Assembly: GCA_963676615.1 (NCBI GenBank)
Contig: OY781092.1
Location: forward strand, 64,001-128,000
Reading direction: 5' to 3'
Length of the DNA: 64,000 nucleotides
From: Candidatus Cloacimonadota bacterium
Lineage (GTDB): Bacteria > Cloacimonadota > Cloacimonadia > G963667145
The notes under the pieces were generated by a model. That model made no database searches. It worked only from the letters and a program-made list of their open reading frames with translations, and was not told where the DNA came from. Positions within the stretch are counted from its first letter, which is position 1; every line of letters begins with the position of its first letter. A program made the position numbers and the translations under genes. Below, piece by piece: positions 20,502 to 28,168 of this stretch.

Positions 20502-21362
20502 ATGTTGGGGTTTATTGGCAAAATTTTCGGCGGCGGAACAGTTAAAAAAGGACTAGATTTGGCGGACAAAGCGTTTTACACAGACCAAGAGAAAGCTAAT
20601 ATGGATTTGAAGTTGGCGCAGGCTTACGGGCAGAATAGTCCAGCTAGCTCAAAGGCGAGGCGGTTTATGATGTATCTTTTTTGTGTGCCGTTTATGCTGT
20701 GTTTTTTGACGGGGTTTGTGCATTTGCTGCTGGGTAATTCGGCGGAGATAAACAACATAATAAACTATGTAAATCTGTGGAATTTGCCTGCGCTGGTGGG
20801 AGGTATTTTGCTGTTCTATTTCGGCAGGCAGGCTATGGCAGAGGCGCAAAGCAATAAGCGGATTAAGAATTTGGCGTTGTTGAAAAAGGAAGAGGCGAAA
20901 GTTATTAAGCCCAAATATAGCAAAGAAGAACAAAAGCTGCTCAATTCTAGTTTGCCAAATATCAAACTAATAAGAACGGCTCGACCAAGCAACGCAACAC
21001 AAGGCGTGCTGGTTAAAGACGAAGAAATTTTTTGCTTAACAATGGAAAAGGCGTGGCGTGATAATAAGAGCAATGTTTCGTGCATCCCTGCTGGGGTGTA
21101 TAAGTGCGAGATGACGCCTAGTAGTATGGATAGCGACGGCGACGCTTACCAGGTGCTAGATGTGCCAAACAGAACGAGCGTGAAAATCCACGCAGGGAAT
21201 GAGCAAGGTGACAGTCAAGGATGCATCTTGCTTGGCAGTGCTACAGAACTTGGCAAGGTGGATGGCAAGGCGTTCCAATTTCAAAGCAAAAAAGCGGTGC
21301 GAGCTTTTGAAAAAGCGATGAATAAAAAGCCGTTTGTGCTGGAAATCGTGGAGGTGGTATGA
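20502..21362 (+). CDS. Holin-like membrane domain fused to DUF5675 domain (putative lysin)
   Basis: N-terminus GKIFG...DK..YTDQEK plus two TM helices; C-terminus TQGVL...CLTME...SCIPAGVY...VPNRT..KIHAGN...SQGCILLG. Confidence 0.8.
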   Translation: MLGFIGKIFGGGTVKKGLDLADKAFYTDQEKANMDLKLAQAYGQNSPASSKARRFMMYLFCVPFMLCFLTGFVHLLLGNSAEINNIINYVNLWNLPALVGGILLFYFGRQAMAEAQSNKRIKNLALLKKEEAKVIKPKYSKEEQKLLNSSLPNIKLIRTARPSNATQGVLVKDEEIFCLTMEKAWRDNKSNVSCIPAGVYKCEMTPSSMDSDGDAYQVLDVPNRTSVKIHAGNEQGDSQGCILLGSATELGKVDGKAFQFQSKKAVRAFEKAMNKKPFVLEIVEVV

Positions 21363-21384
21363 TACCAGTTGATGGAGAACGAAA

Positions 21385-21459
21385 ATGAAGAGTCCGTTAG
21401 CGTATGTTGGAGGCAAGAGCAAAAAAGTTTTAGTAAAAAAAAATAAACTTTTTACTTGA
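21385..21459 (+). pseudogene. 5' remnant of a Dam-family (D12 class) adenine methyltransferase
   Basis: GGAG RBS then MKSPLAYVGGKSK, which runs directly into the hicA upstream repeat. Confidence 0.7.
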
Positions 21460-21483
21460 CAGGAAGTCAGACCGTTATAGTGT
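21435..21483 (+). promoter_or_regulatory. Promoter element of hicAB-1 (repeat copy 1)
   Basis: A9-TAAACTTTTTACTTGAC; TTGACA then TAGTGT 16 bp downstream. Confidence 0.6.
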
Positions 21484-21515
21484 AGTTGTATAATTAAAAA
21501 GCAGGGAAAAGAAAA

Positions 21516-21776
21516 ATGAAATTGAACAGCAAACAAAGAAAGACTTTAGAGGCAGTATTCGGTAAGCCTACTAAAACTAACATCAAGTGGAACGAAGTTG
21601 TAAATTTGTTAATTGCTTTGGGCGTTAAGCAAGGTCAAGGTAGCGGTTCGAGAGTATTTTTTATTTTTGGGAATGAAAAATTGGCGATGCACAAGCCACA
21701 TCCTGCTAATACAATTAAAAGATATGTTGTAGAAGACATCAGAGATTTTTTAAGGAGGATAAATGTTACACTATAA
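21516..21776 (+). CDS. hicA: HicA toxin
   Basis: NIKWNEV...GSGSRV...MHKPHP. Confidence 0.9.
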   Translation: MKLNSKQRKTLEAVFGKPTKTNIKWNEVVNLLIALGVKQGQGSGSRVFFIFGNEKLAMHKPHPANTIKRYVVEDIRDFLRRINVTL

Positions 21777-22083
21777 AGGCTATACAGGCTCGGTTGATTA
21801 TTCCGAAGAGGATAAAATTTTTTTTGGACGAGTGGCTGGGATCAGAGACATCATTTCGTATGAGGGTGAAACTTCTGCTGAATTGGAGCAAGATTTTAGA
21901 GATGGGATTGATGATTATTTGAAAAATTGTGAAATTTGTGGGCAGCAGCCAAATAAGCCTTTTGCTGACGAAATCAAAATAAAAACTACTCCTGAATTTC
22001 ACGAAAAAGTTTATTTGAAAGCTCTTAAAAACGGGAAAAGTGTTGATGATTTCGTGCAAGGAGCAATCGAAAAAGTGCTATGA
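21763..22083 (+). CDS. hicB: HicB antitoxin
   Basis: YKGYTGSV...FFGRVAGIRDIISYEG...DDYL..C; RHH-like tail. Confidence 0.9.
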   Translation: MLHYKGYTGSVDYSEEDKIFFGRVAGIRDIISYEGETSAELEQDFRDGIDDYLKNCEICGQQPNKPFADEIKIKTTPEFHEKVYLKALKNGKSVDDFVQGAIEKVL

Positions 22084-22409
22084 GTTTTGATAAGGATAAA
22101 TACTATCTCGGGCGGCTTTGCAAGTATGGGCATAATTTTGATAACACAGGCAAATCCCTCCGCTACAAATCGTCTAGGCAGTGCGTGGAGTGTAGCTCCA
22201 GCAAGAGCGCTTTTATACCCAAGCCAAAAAGTTTTGAGACTGATGTGAAAAATTTTCAAGTGCAGGCGAAAAAGAACAATATTGAGCTGTATGAAAATTT
22301 TAAACTAGAGGCAAAAAAAAGGGTTGGATCTGTCAAGTTGGCGGTGGTGGAGGCGATGAGAATGTGGCTAGCGGAGGAAAAAAACGTTGTGTCTTGCAAA
22401 AAAAAATAA
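22080..22409 (+). CDS. Zn-finger plus RHH-like protein
   Basis: CKYGH...RY...CVEC, then ELYENFKLEAK...VVEAMRMWL; ATGA-coupled to hicB. Confidence 0.6.
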   Translation: MSFDKDKYYLGRLCKYGHNFDNTGKSLRYKSSRQCVECSSSKSAFIPKPKSFETDVKNFQVQAKKNNIELYENFKLEAKKRVGSVKLAVVEAMRMWLAEEKNVVSCKKK

Positions 22410-22446
22410 ACTTTTTGCTTGACGAAAAATCACTCTGTCACAGTAT
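22398..22446 (+). promoter_or_regulatory. Promoter element of hicAB-2 (repeat copy 2)
   Basis: 25/26 identical to 21435-21460; TTGACG then CAGTAT 16 bp downstream. Confidence 0.6.
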
Positions 22447-22476
22447 AGATACATAATTGAAACAGAGGAACAAAAG

Positions 22477-22737
22477 ATGAGCAAGAAAGACAAGACACTA
22501 AAAGCTATTTTCACAAACCCTAAAAAATCAAATATCAAATGGAGCGATTTTGTTAGCTTAGTAAAAAGTTTGGGCGGAACGGTGGAAAGTGATAACAGTG
22601 GCTCAAATCACACTTTTAGACTTGGAAAGCAAATTTTGAACCTGCACAGACCACATCCAAACAACGAAATTAAAAAATGTTACATCAAAATAATAAGAGA
22701 GTTTTTAGAGAAAGGGAGCGAAAATGTTAAATTATAA
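22477..22737 (+). CDS. hicA: HicA toxin (second copy)
   Basis: NIKWSDF...SGSNH...LHRPHP. Confidence 0.9.
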   Translation: MSKKDKTLKAIFTNPKKSNIKWSDFVSLVKSLGGTVESDNSGSNHTFRLGKQILNLHRPHPNNEIKKCYIKIIREFLEKGSENVKL

Positions 22738-23044
22738 AGGATATTCTGCTTCGTATCAATACGAGGCAGAGGACAATCTTTTTCTTGGTCAAGTGTTGGG
22801 GATTGATCATCAGATTGTCTTTGAGGGACAGACCGAAGAGGAAGCCAAAGAAAGTTTTAGACATTCCGTAGATAATTATTTGGGCTATTGTAAAAAAAAT
22901 AATATAGTGCCGCAATATCCAAAATTGGAAAAAGTATCAATCAAGTTGCCAAAATTTTGTTTTGAAAAAGCCAATCAAAAAGCCAAACAACTCGGTGAGT
23001 CGGTAGATCAATTTTTCCTTGATGCTATTCAAAAAGTTTTGTAA
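22724..23044 (+). CDS. hicB: HicB antitoxin (second copy)
   Basis: YKGYSA...GQVLGI...FEG...DNYL..C. Confidence 0.9.
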   Translation: MLNYKGYSASYQYEAEDNLFLGQVLGIDHQIVFEGQTEEEAKESFRHSVDNYLGYCKKNNIVPQYPKLEKVSIKLPKFCFEKANQKAKQLGESVDQFFLDAIQKVL

Positions 23045-23054
23045 AAACTAGCGA

Positions 23055-23081
23055 AATGGGCAGACGCTGTGTCTGCCCATT
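23055..23081. terminator. Hairpin between convergent operons
   Basis: AATGGGCAGAC / GTCTGCCCATT perfect 11-bp stem. Confidence 0.8.
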
Positions 23082-23093
23082 ATATTTCAAATT

Positions 23094-23333
23094 TTAGCCT
23101 ATGGATTTAACAGGGTCGTTACCATAGCTATTTCGGTCTCTGAATTTGCCATCTTTTCCGTGTATGAAGAGTTCAGATTTTTGATTTATAGCAATTTTCC
23201 TACCGTAAGCAGCAGCTTCTGCTTGAGTTCTAAATACTTTTGTTGCCGTTTTATTTCCTTCGCCCACTACAGCCCAACCATCACCATATTTCACTACATG
23301 TTGATTTTTTCCCATAATTTTAAAATTGTTCAT
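23094..23333 (-). CDS. DUF2188 family protein
   Basis: NQHVV...GWAV.GEG...TQAEA...ELFIHGKDGKFRDRNSYGNDP; start may be 23315. Confidence 0.85.
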   Translation of the reverse strand: MNNFKIMGKNQHVVKYGDGWAVVGEGNKTATKVFRTQAEAAAYGRKIAINQKSELFIHGKDGKFRDRNSYGNDPVKSIG

Positions 23334-23346
23334 TTGAAAATATCAC

Positions 23347-24324
23347 TTAGATTAAAAAAGGTGTTAGTTTATTTTCACTGGTTATTATTATATTACAACC
23401 TTCTCTTTTTAGTTCCAAAGCTTTTTCTATCTTCCGTCCAGCAGAGGTTTGTATCCAATTTTCATTAGCGAGTGTTCCAACTACCAATATATTGGTAGAT
23501 TTAGATAAGTTATTTTTAGGATTGGCACCAGCATTTTCCAAAATGTCAAAAATCTCCGACCTTTTCCCAAAGAGGAAATTGCCAGTTAAACAAATTCTTT
23601 TGTTTTTAATCGACTTAATGTCTTCCTGGAACAAAGAAGTTGCCCCACCTACAGCACAACCATCTGCTGTAAAATCGATGCCAGTAATTTTTTTTATTAG
23701 AGTGCAAAGTTCCTTTAGTTCTTTAGGTTCTACTCTGTTATCTGCTAATATGTCTTTAACTTTATTTCTGATTACACTATAGGGGAACGAGTCCGCAAGT
23801 TCTTGGCAATAACCTAAGAATTTGTGCAGTTCTTTAAATTCGTTTAAATTGATAATATTATCCGCGGCTATTCCATTTAGGAATCCAGAAAATTCATTAT
23901 TTTTGTCTTCAAGAAATCTGAAATCTTCAGAGTATTCTATGCAACTTTTTAATTCCCTAAGGAGTTCATCTTTCTTCTCTTCATTTATTGCCCCAACTCT
24001 TAATATTTCATTTATAGTCTCTAATAGGTCAAAGGTATCATCAAAAGATGCCCCTTGATTTTCGAGCCAAGACTGCAAAAAGAGTATTTCTGCATCTTCA
24101 ATTTTCCCATCACAACTAATCCCTCGCAGTATGCCTGTCAAAGAGTTAGCAGCTTTGCTCCTATTTCTTTTATAGTTATAGATATAGAGTTTCTTTTTAT
24201 CAGGTTCTACAAATTTCTTGGGCTTCTTTGACTTGGGAGCGTTTGATTTTGAGGTTTTGGGTGATGCCTTAGACTTAATTTTCGTTGTGGTTTCTTTTGA
24301 TTTTAAAAAACTAAATATTCCCAT
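23347..24324 (-). CDS. Protein with tandem TerB-like helical repeats and C-terminal BRCT domain
   Basis: Repeats GILRGISCDGKI..AE and GFLNGIAADNII..NE; BRCT ICLTGNF..GKR...LVVG...GRKIEKA...IITSE. Confidence 0.8.
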   Translation of the reverse strand: MGIFSFLKSKETTTKIKSKASPKTSKSNAPKSKKPKKFVEPDKKKLYIYNYKRNRSKAANSLTGILRGISCDGKIEDAEILFLQSWLENQGASFDDTFDLLETINEILRVGAINEEKKDELLRELKSCIEYSEDFRFLEDKNNEFSGFLNGIAADNIINLNEFKELHKFLGYCQELADSFPYSVIRNKVKDILADNRVEPKELKELCTLIKKITGIDFTADGCAVGGATSLFQEDIKSIKNKRICLTGNFLFGKRSEIFDILENAGANPKNNLSKSTNILVVGTLANENWIQTSAGRKIEKALELKREGCNIIITSENKLTPFLI

Positions 24325-24353
24325 TTTTATATCCTTGGTTATCTATTTTTATT

Positions 24354-24731
24354 TTACGCCTTTACCAGTTTGGAATGAACCAGTTCAAGAGCAATATTTT
24401 TAGCTTTTTCCAGCTCAGCATCAAGATTTTGGTTTTCTTTTTTTAGGTCAGTGACCTGTTTTTCCAACATTTTGATTTTTTTTATCATTTTTTCGTCTTC
24501 CTCTGTATCCAAAAACATTGCCCCCTTGCCCAGCATTAGCCAAGTCGGGTTGACATTCAGTTTATTTATTATTTTGCTAATTAGTTCTTTTGAAGCGTCT
24601 ATTTTGTAGGTGAACATTCTATTAATTAATGTTCTTGAAATCTCTATATCATTGGCAAAATCTGCCTGCTTTGTGTAGTTGTTGTGCTTGTAGATCAATT
24701 TTACTCTATCAATTAACTCTTTATTTATCAT
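24354..24731 (-). CDS. CI-like XRE repressor with coiled-coil tail and no S24 peptidase domain
   Basis: QADFANDIEISRTLI HTH; NVNPTWLMLGKGAMF. Confidence 0.85.
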   Translation of the reverse strand: MINKELIDRVKLIYKHNNYTKQADFANDIEISRTLINRMFTYKIDASKELISKIINKLNVNPTWLMLGKGAMFLDTEEDEKMIKKIKMLEKQVTDLKKENQNLDAELEKAKNIALELVHSKLVKA

Positions 24732-24756
24732 ACAAATAACCTCTATCTATTAAAAA

Positions 24757-24800
24757 AGTTCAAAAAAACAACTTGACAGTTCAGTTATTGAACTTACATT
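24757..24800 (+). promoter_or_regulatory. Rightward promoter overlapped by two operator-like sites
   Basis: TTGACA-16-TACATT; palindrome AGTTCA-N5-TGAACT (24778-24794) and degenerate AGTTCA-N5-ACAACT (24757-24773). Confidence 0.7.
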
Positions 24801-24963
24801 GACCACATAATCAACAACAAGTCGTTTTTAAGATACGGCAGGAATGCGGTCAAGATATTTTTTGGTTGTAGTTATTTTTTAAGAGATGTATAGAAGTGTG
24901 ACTATAGGTTTTGATTGACATTAAGCTCTACAAGGAGTTTTTTTATCAGAAAGGAGTGTTTAT

Positions 24964-25470
24964 ATGGATAATCAAGAGTTGGTGACTAAAGATTTGGAAG
25001 GGGTAAAGAATGATAGGCAAAAGGCAGAGTTTATTTTCGCCAGAGGCAAAGATTTCATAGACTTTGCCAATGAGAACTGTAAGCATATGGACAATAAAGC
25101 CTACCAACTAATTGGTGTTTTGTTCTTGATGTTGCCGATATTGGTGGCTTTTAGAGCCAAATTGTTGGAGCTTGGATGTTGCGCGTATTTTTTCGCTATT
25201 TGCTATGGGCTAGTTTTTTTGCTATTGTGTGTGATAGTTTGCCCAAGAAGTAATGCTACTTCGGGTAATCCTCCAAAAACTTATTTAAATTTAGCAGACC
25301 AAAAATACTCGGAGATGGTTGCAAGTTGTTTGTATCTCATTTATGACGCATGCAAGACAAACTTGGCAGTTGTTGAAAAAAAAGCTACCTGTCTAAAGGT
25401 AGCTTTGGGCTTGCTTTTTTTATCATTTGTTTTTCTGGGTATTGGTGTTTTTACTGTCTTCAATGTGTAA
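24964..25470 (+). CDS. Three-TM membrane protein, Pycsar-effector (DUF5706)-like pattern
   Basis: AAGGAG RBS; MDNKA-TM-TM ... N...KK...TM layout. Confidence 0.65.
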   Translation: MDNQELVTKDLEGVKNDRQKAEFIFARGKDFIDFANENCKHMDNKAYQLIGVLFLMLPILVAFRAKLLELGCCAYFFAICYGLVFLLLCVIVCPRSNATSGNPPKTYLNLADQKYSEMVASCLYLIYDACKTNLAVVEKKATCLKVALGLLFLSFVFLGIGVFTVFNV

Positions 25471-25554
25471 TTTTTCTTTGTTAACAGAGTTTTGCAACAA
25501 TGTATTTGTTGTTTGAGGTTTCTTAGGACTTTCATCTTTGTAAATTTTCGTCAT
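25423..25554 (-). CDS. 43-aa hydrophilic small ORF convergent with and overlapping the membrane gene
   Basis: AAGGAG RBS upstream of the ATG; minus-strand TTGACA at 25615-25620. Confidence 0.55.
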   Translation of the reverse strand: MTKIYKDESPKKPQTTNTLLQNSVNKEKLHIEDSKNTNTQKNK

Positions 25555-25663
25555 TTCTGCTCTCTCCTTTTTTATGAGTTGACTATGACATAAAAAATAA
25601 GGGGAGGGCGGGAATGTCAACCAAAATCTGGTCACATTTTAGTTAAAAAAACAGGAGGATTTT

Positions 25664-25945
25664 GTGACAAGGCAGCAACTGCGAGACACCCAATTACAAA
25701 TGCAAATATCTATCAAAGAGTTAGCGCTTGGATGCGGGGTGCACCGCGACACGATGGGCAAAGTCATAAATGGGAAATATGGAAGAGAAGATTTTGCTAA
25801 AGTCATTCTCGCTAAGGCAGAAAAGTATTTGAACAGTCGTCGCTGGAAGTGTGTAGATTGTGGATACATTTCTGACCAAAAGGGGTATTGCCCCGAATGT
25901 GATGGGCATACTTGGGTAAAATATTATGTGCAAAAAAATGATTAA
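25664..25945 (+). CDS. Cro-like HTH protein with C-terminal zinc ribbon
   Basis: AGGAGG RBS; SIKELALGCGVHRDTMGKVING; CVDC...CPEC. Confidence 0.75.
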   Translation: MTRQQLRDTQLQMQISIKELALGCGVHRDTMGKVINGKYGREDFAKVILAKAEKYLNSRRWKCVDCGYISDQKGYCPECDGHTWVKYYVQKND

Positions 25946-26216
25946 AGATGTTCCAAACGAGATTATAGGGCTTTGTAGAAAATATTACAACGCAGGCTAT
26001 CCGCTCGAATTTCTTTTGCGTGATTTCCATCCGACTTGTGGAGAAATAAATGAGCTCGACTTATATCTCTACAAAAAAGATTTGAAAACCTTGATTGAAG
26101 AAACTTGGGTGGCTGTGACAAAAGGTGAGACAACAACACTTAAACAAAGCAAAAAATTTGATAATTTTTTGGCGTGGTGGAACAAATGCAACGCCAAGCT
26201 ACAGGAGGCAATGTGA
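25926..26216 (+). CDS. Hypothetical phage protein
   Basis: ORF coupled within the early operon. Confidence 0.55.
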   Translation: MCKKMIKDVPNEIIGLCRKYYNAGYPLEFLLRDFHPTCGEINELDLYLYKKDLKTLIEETWVAVTKGETTTLKQSKKFDNFLAWWNKCNAKLQEAM

Positions 26217-26536
26217 GCAATGTGGAACTTAACAAAGGCGACAAAATTTACCTAGCTGGTCCGATGAGCGGCAAAGAGGGACTAAATTTTTTGGCGTTTA
26301 CCCAAGCTGAACGCTATTTAGCAGAGCGCGGATATAGTGTCGCCAATCCTCACAAATTTGGAGACAAGACAAAAAGTCGTCAGTGCAATATTGCCCAAAG
26401 TCTCTTCCAAATCCAATCTTGCCAAGCGGTTTATTTCTTGCGTGGCTGGGAGCATAGCGATGGCGCAAAGTTAGAGTTTGAAGCGGCACGCAAAATGGGC
26501 AAAATCTTGATGTTTGAACATTTTTTTGATAAATAA
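26213..26536 (+). CDS. DUF4406 (nucleoside deoxyribosyltransferase-like) protein
   Basis: KIYLAGPMSG...NF.AF...NP...GWEHSDGAKLE. Confidence 0.85.
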   Translation: MSNVELNKGDKIYLAGPMSGKEGLNFLAFTQAERYLAERGYSVANPHKFGDKTKSRQCNIAQSLFQIQSCQAVYFLRGWEHSDGAKLEFEAARKMGKILMFEHFFDK

Positions 26537-26579
26537 AAAGAAAAGCAGAAAATAATAATTTTAAAAAAAGGGGATTAGC

Positions 26580-26876
26580 GTGGTAGATTTAGAGATGATG
26601 CAACAAAAAATCAACGATATTTCCGAGGTTTTGGCAAATTTGACCGTTGACGCTCCCAAAAGATTGCTGCTTCCAAAAGAGGTTGCCGAAATGCTGAACT
26701 ACACAGAAAACCAAGTCAAGAAAAAAAGCAGAAATAGAGAGCTGCCAAGCTATAAATTTGGCAAAAACATCTACTTTGATCGACTGGAGTTGGAAGATAT
26801 GATTTTAGCCGATAAATATAGGCGACAATCCAACCAAGAGATAGATTATCAAGTGAGTAAGGCGATGAGCAAATGA
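26580..26876 (+). CDS. Excisionase-like HTH protein
   Basis: LLLPKEVAEMLN...LPSYKFGKNIYF. Confidence 0.8.
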   Translation: MVDLEMMQQKINDISEVLANLTVDAPKRLLLPKEVAEMLNYTENQVKKKSRNRELPSYKFGKNIYFDRLELEDMILADKYRRQSNQEIDYQVSKAMSK

Positions 26877-26901
26877 GCACATCGTTTGAAGATACGAAGT
26901 T

Positions 26902-26961
26902 GGCGATTTTGTAATAATCGCCCATAAAATAACCTTGCCCCAAATAGGCAAAATTGGGGCA
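26902..26961. terminator. Two hairpins between convergent xis and int
   Basis: GGCGATT/AATCGCC and TGCCCCAA/TTGGGGCA stems. Confidence 0.5.
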
Positions 26962-26995
26962 GCAATTTGATAGAAATTTATAGATGTGGAGATTA

Positions 26996-28168
26996 TTACA
27001 GATTGAGCTTAGGTAGGGCGTCGATGGCGGCGTCCTTGACCCTATCAACAAGGTGAGCATAAATTTGTGTAGGCTTGATAGAAGAATGCCCAAGCAGCCT
27101 AGAGACAGTGTAGATATCGACTCCCTTGCTGAGCAGGAGAGTTGCAAATGTGTGCCGAGCGCAATGAAAAGTGATGTGTTTTTTTATTCCCGAATTGGCG
27201 ACCCACAGTCGCATCACCTGGCTGATATAGTTGGAATACGGAATTTTAAAGACGAATTTACTCTTGCCTTGCAACTCTTTTTGTTCGGCAAGGACTTTGT
27301 TTGCGTCGTCGTTTAGCTTCAGACTCGCTATTTCTCCTGTTTTTTCTTGTGAAATGTTAATAAAATTAGAGTTTTGAGTGTTTGATGAAATTTCTTGAAA
27401 TTTTAAGTTTCGCAAGTCGCTAATGCGGAGCCCTGTGCAGCAGCTAAAGATAAAGGCGTTGCGGATTTGAGTAGAGCTGCAAGGAGTTAATACTAACTTT
27501 CTTAGTTCATCTTCGTTTAAAAATTCTCGTGGTTTTTGCGCTACTTTGATGGTAATGCCCGTCGCGGGAGATTTGTTGATGAGCCCATCGGCAATCGCAG
27601 AGTTGAAGCAAGTTTTTAGGACTCTAAAGTAAGTTTGCATTGTATTAGCCGCGATTGCTTTTTTAAGACCTTTGCTTGTTTTAGTTGACTCATCGCTTCC
27701 GTCTAAAGTCTTTTTGAAATCGATCAACATTTTATTTGTTACATTTTGGATAAGGCAATCTTTACCCAAAAAATCTTTGATGCGACGATATACCACCCAC
27801 CAGTTTCTGTTTTGCTCTTTTTTCTGCCCTTTTGAAATTCTTAAAGCGTCTCGGTTTGCGGCAAGCTTGGCTAAATATTCGAGAAAATAGACATCTTTTT
27901 CACTCGCTAAATCAAATGCCTTGTTTTGCAAAATTTGACTTTCATTTTTCTGCTGAATAGCAAAAACAAGTCTAAGTTTATTTTCGTTTTCAGCTTTTTG
28001 TTGCGGGTTTGACGACAAATATACATCAAGGAATTTGCGGGTCCGTTTGCCGTTTTTGTTCATTTCAAGATAAAGCGAATATCCGTTTTTTATGACATTA
28101 AAGCGAACTTTCACTTTTTTTAGGTTATTACATCCTGCTAGGATGTTTTCGAGTCTTTTTTTAGTCAT
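26996..28168 (-). CDS. int: Tyrosine integrase
   Basis: TGLRISD, HITFHCARHTFAT, LLGH, TQIYA; N-terminal arm-binding and SAM-like regions. Confidence 0.96.
   Translation of the reverse strand: MTKKRLENILAGCNNLKKVKVRFNVIKNGYSLYLEMNKNGKRTRKFLDVYLSSNPQQKAENENKLRLVFAIQQKNESQILQNKAFDLASEKDVYFLEYLAKLAANRDALRISKGQKKEQNRNWWVVYRRIKDFLGKDCLIQNVTNKMLIDFKKTLDGSDESTKTSKGLKKAIAANTMQTYFRVLKTCFNSAIADGLINKSPATGITIKVAQKPREFLNEDELRKLVLTPCSSTQIRNAFIFSCCTGLRISDLRNLKFQEISSNTQNSNFINISQEKTGEIASLKLNDDANKVLAEQKELQGKSKFVFKIPYSNYISQVMRLWVANSGIKKHITFHCARHTFATLLLSKGVDIYTVSRLLGHSSIKPTQIYAHLVDRVKDAAIDALPKLNL

Noticed and set aside
18594..21500. Diversity-generating retroelement or invertible fibre segment
   Set aside because: No reverse transcriptase, invertase or duplicated template repeat seen in the window
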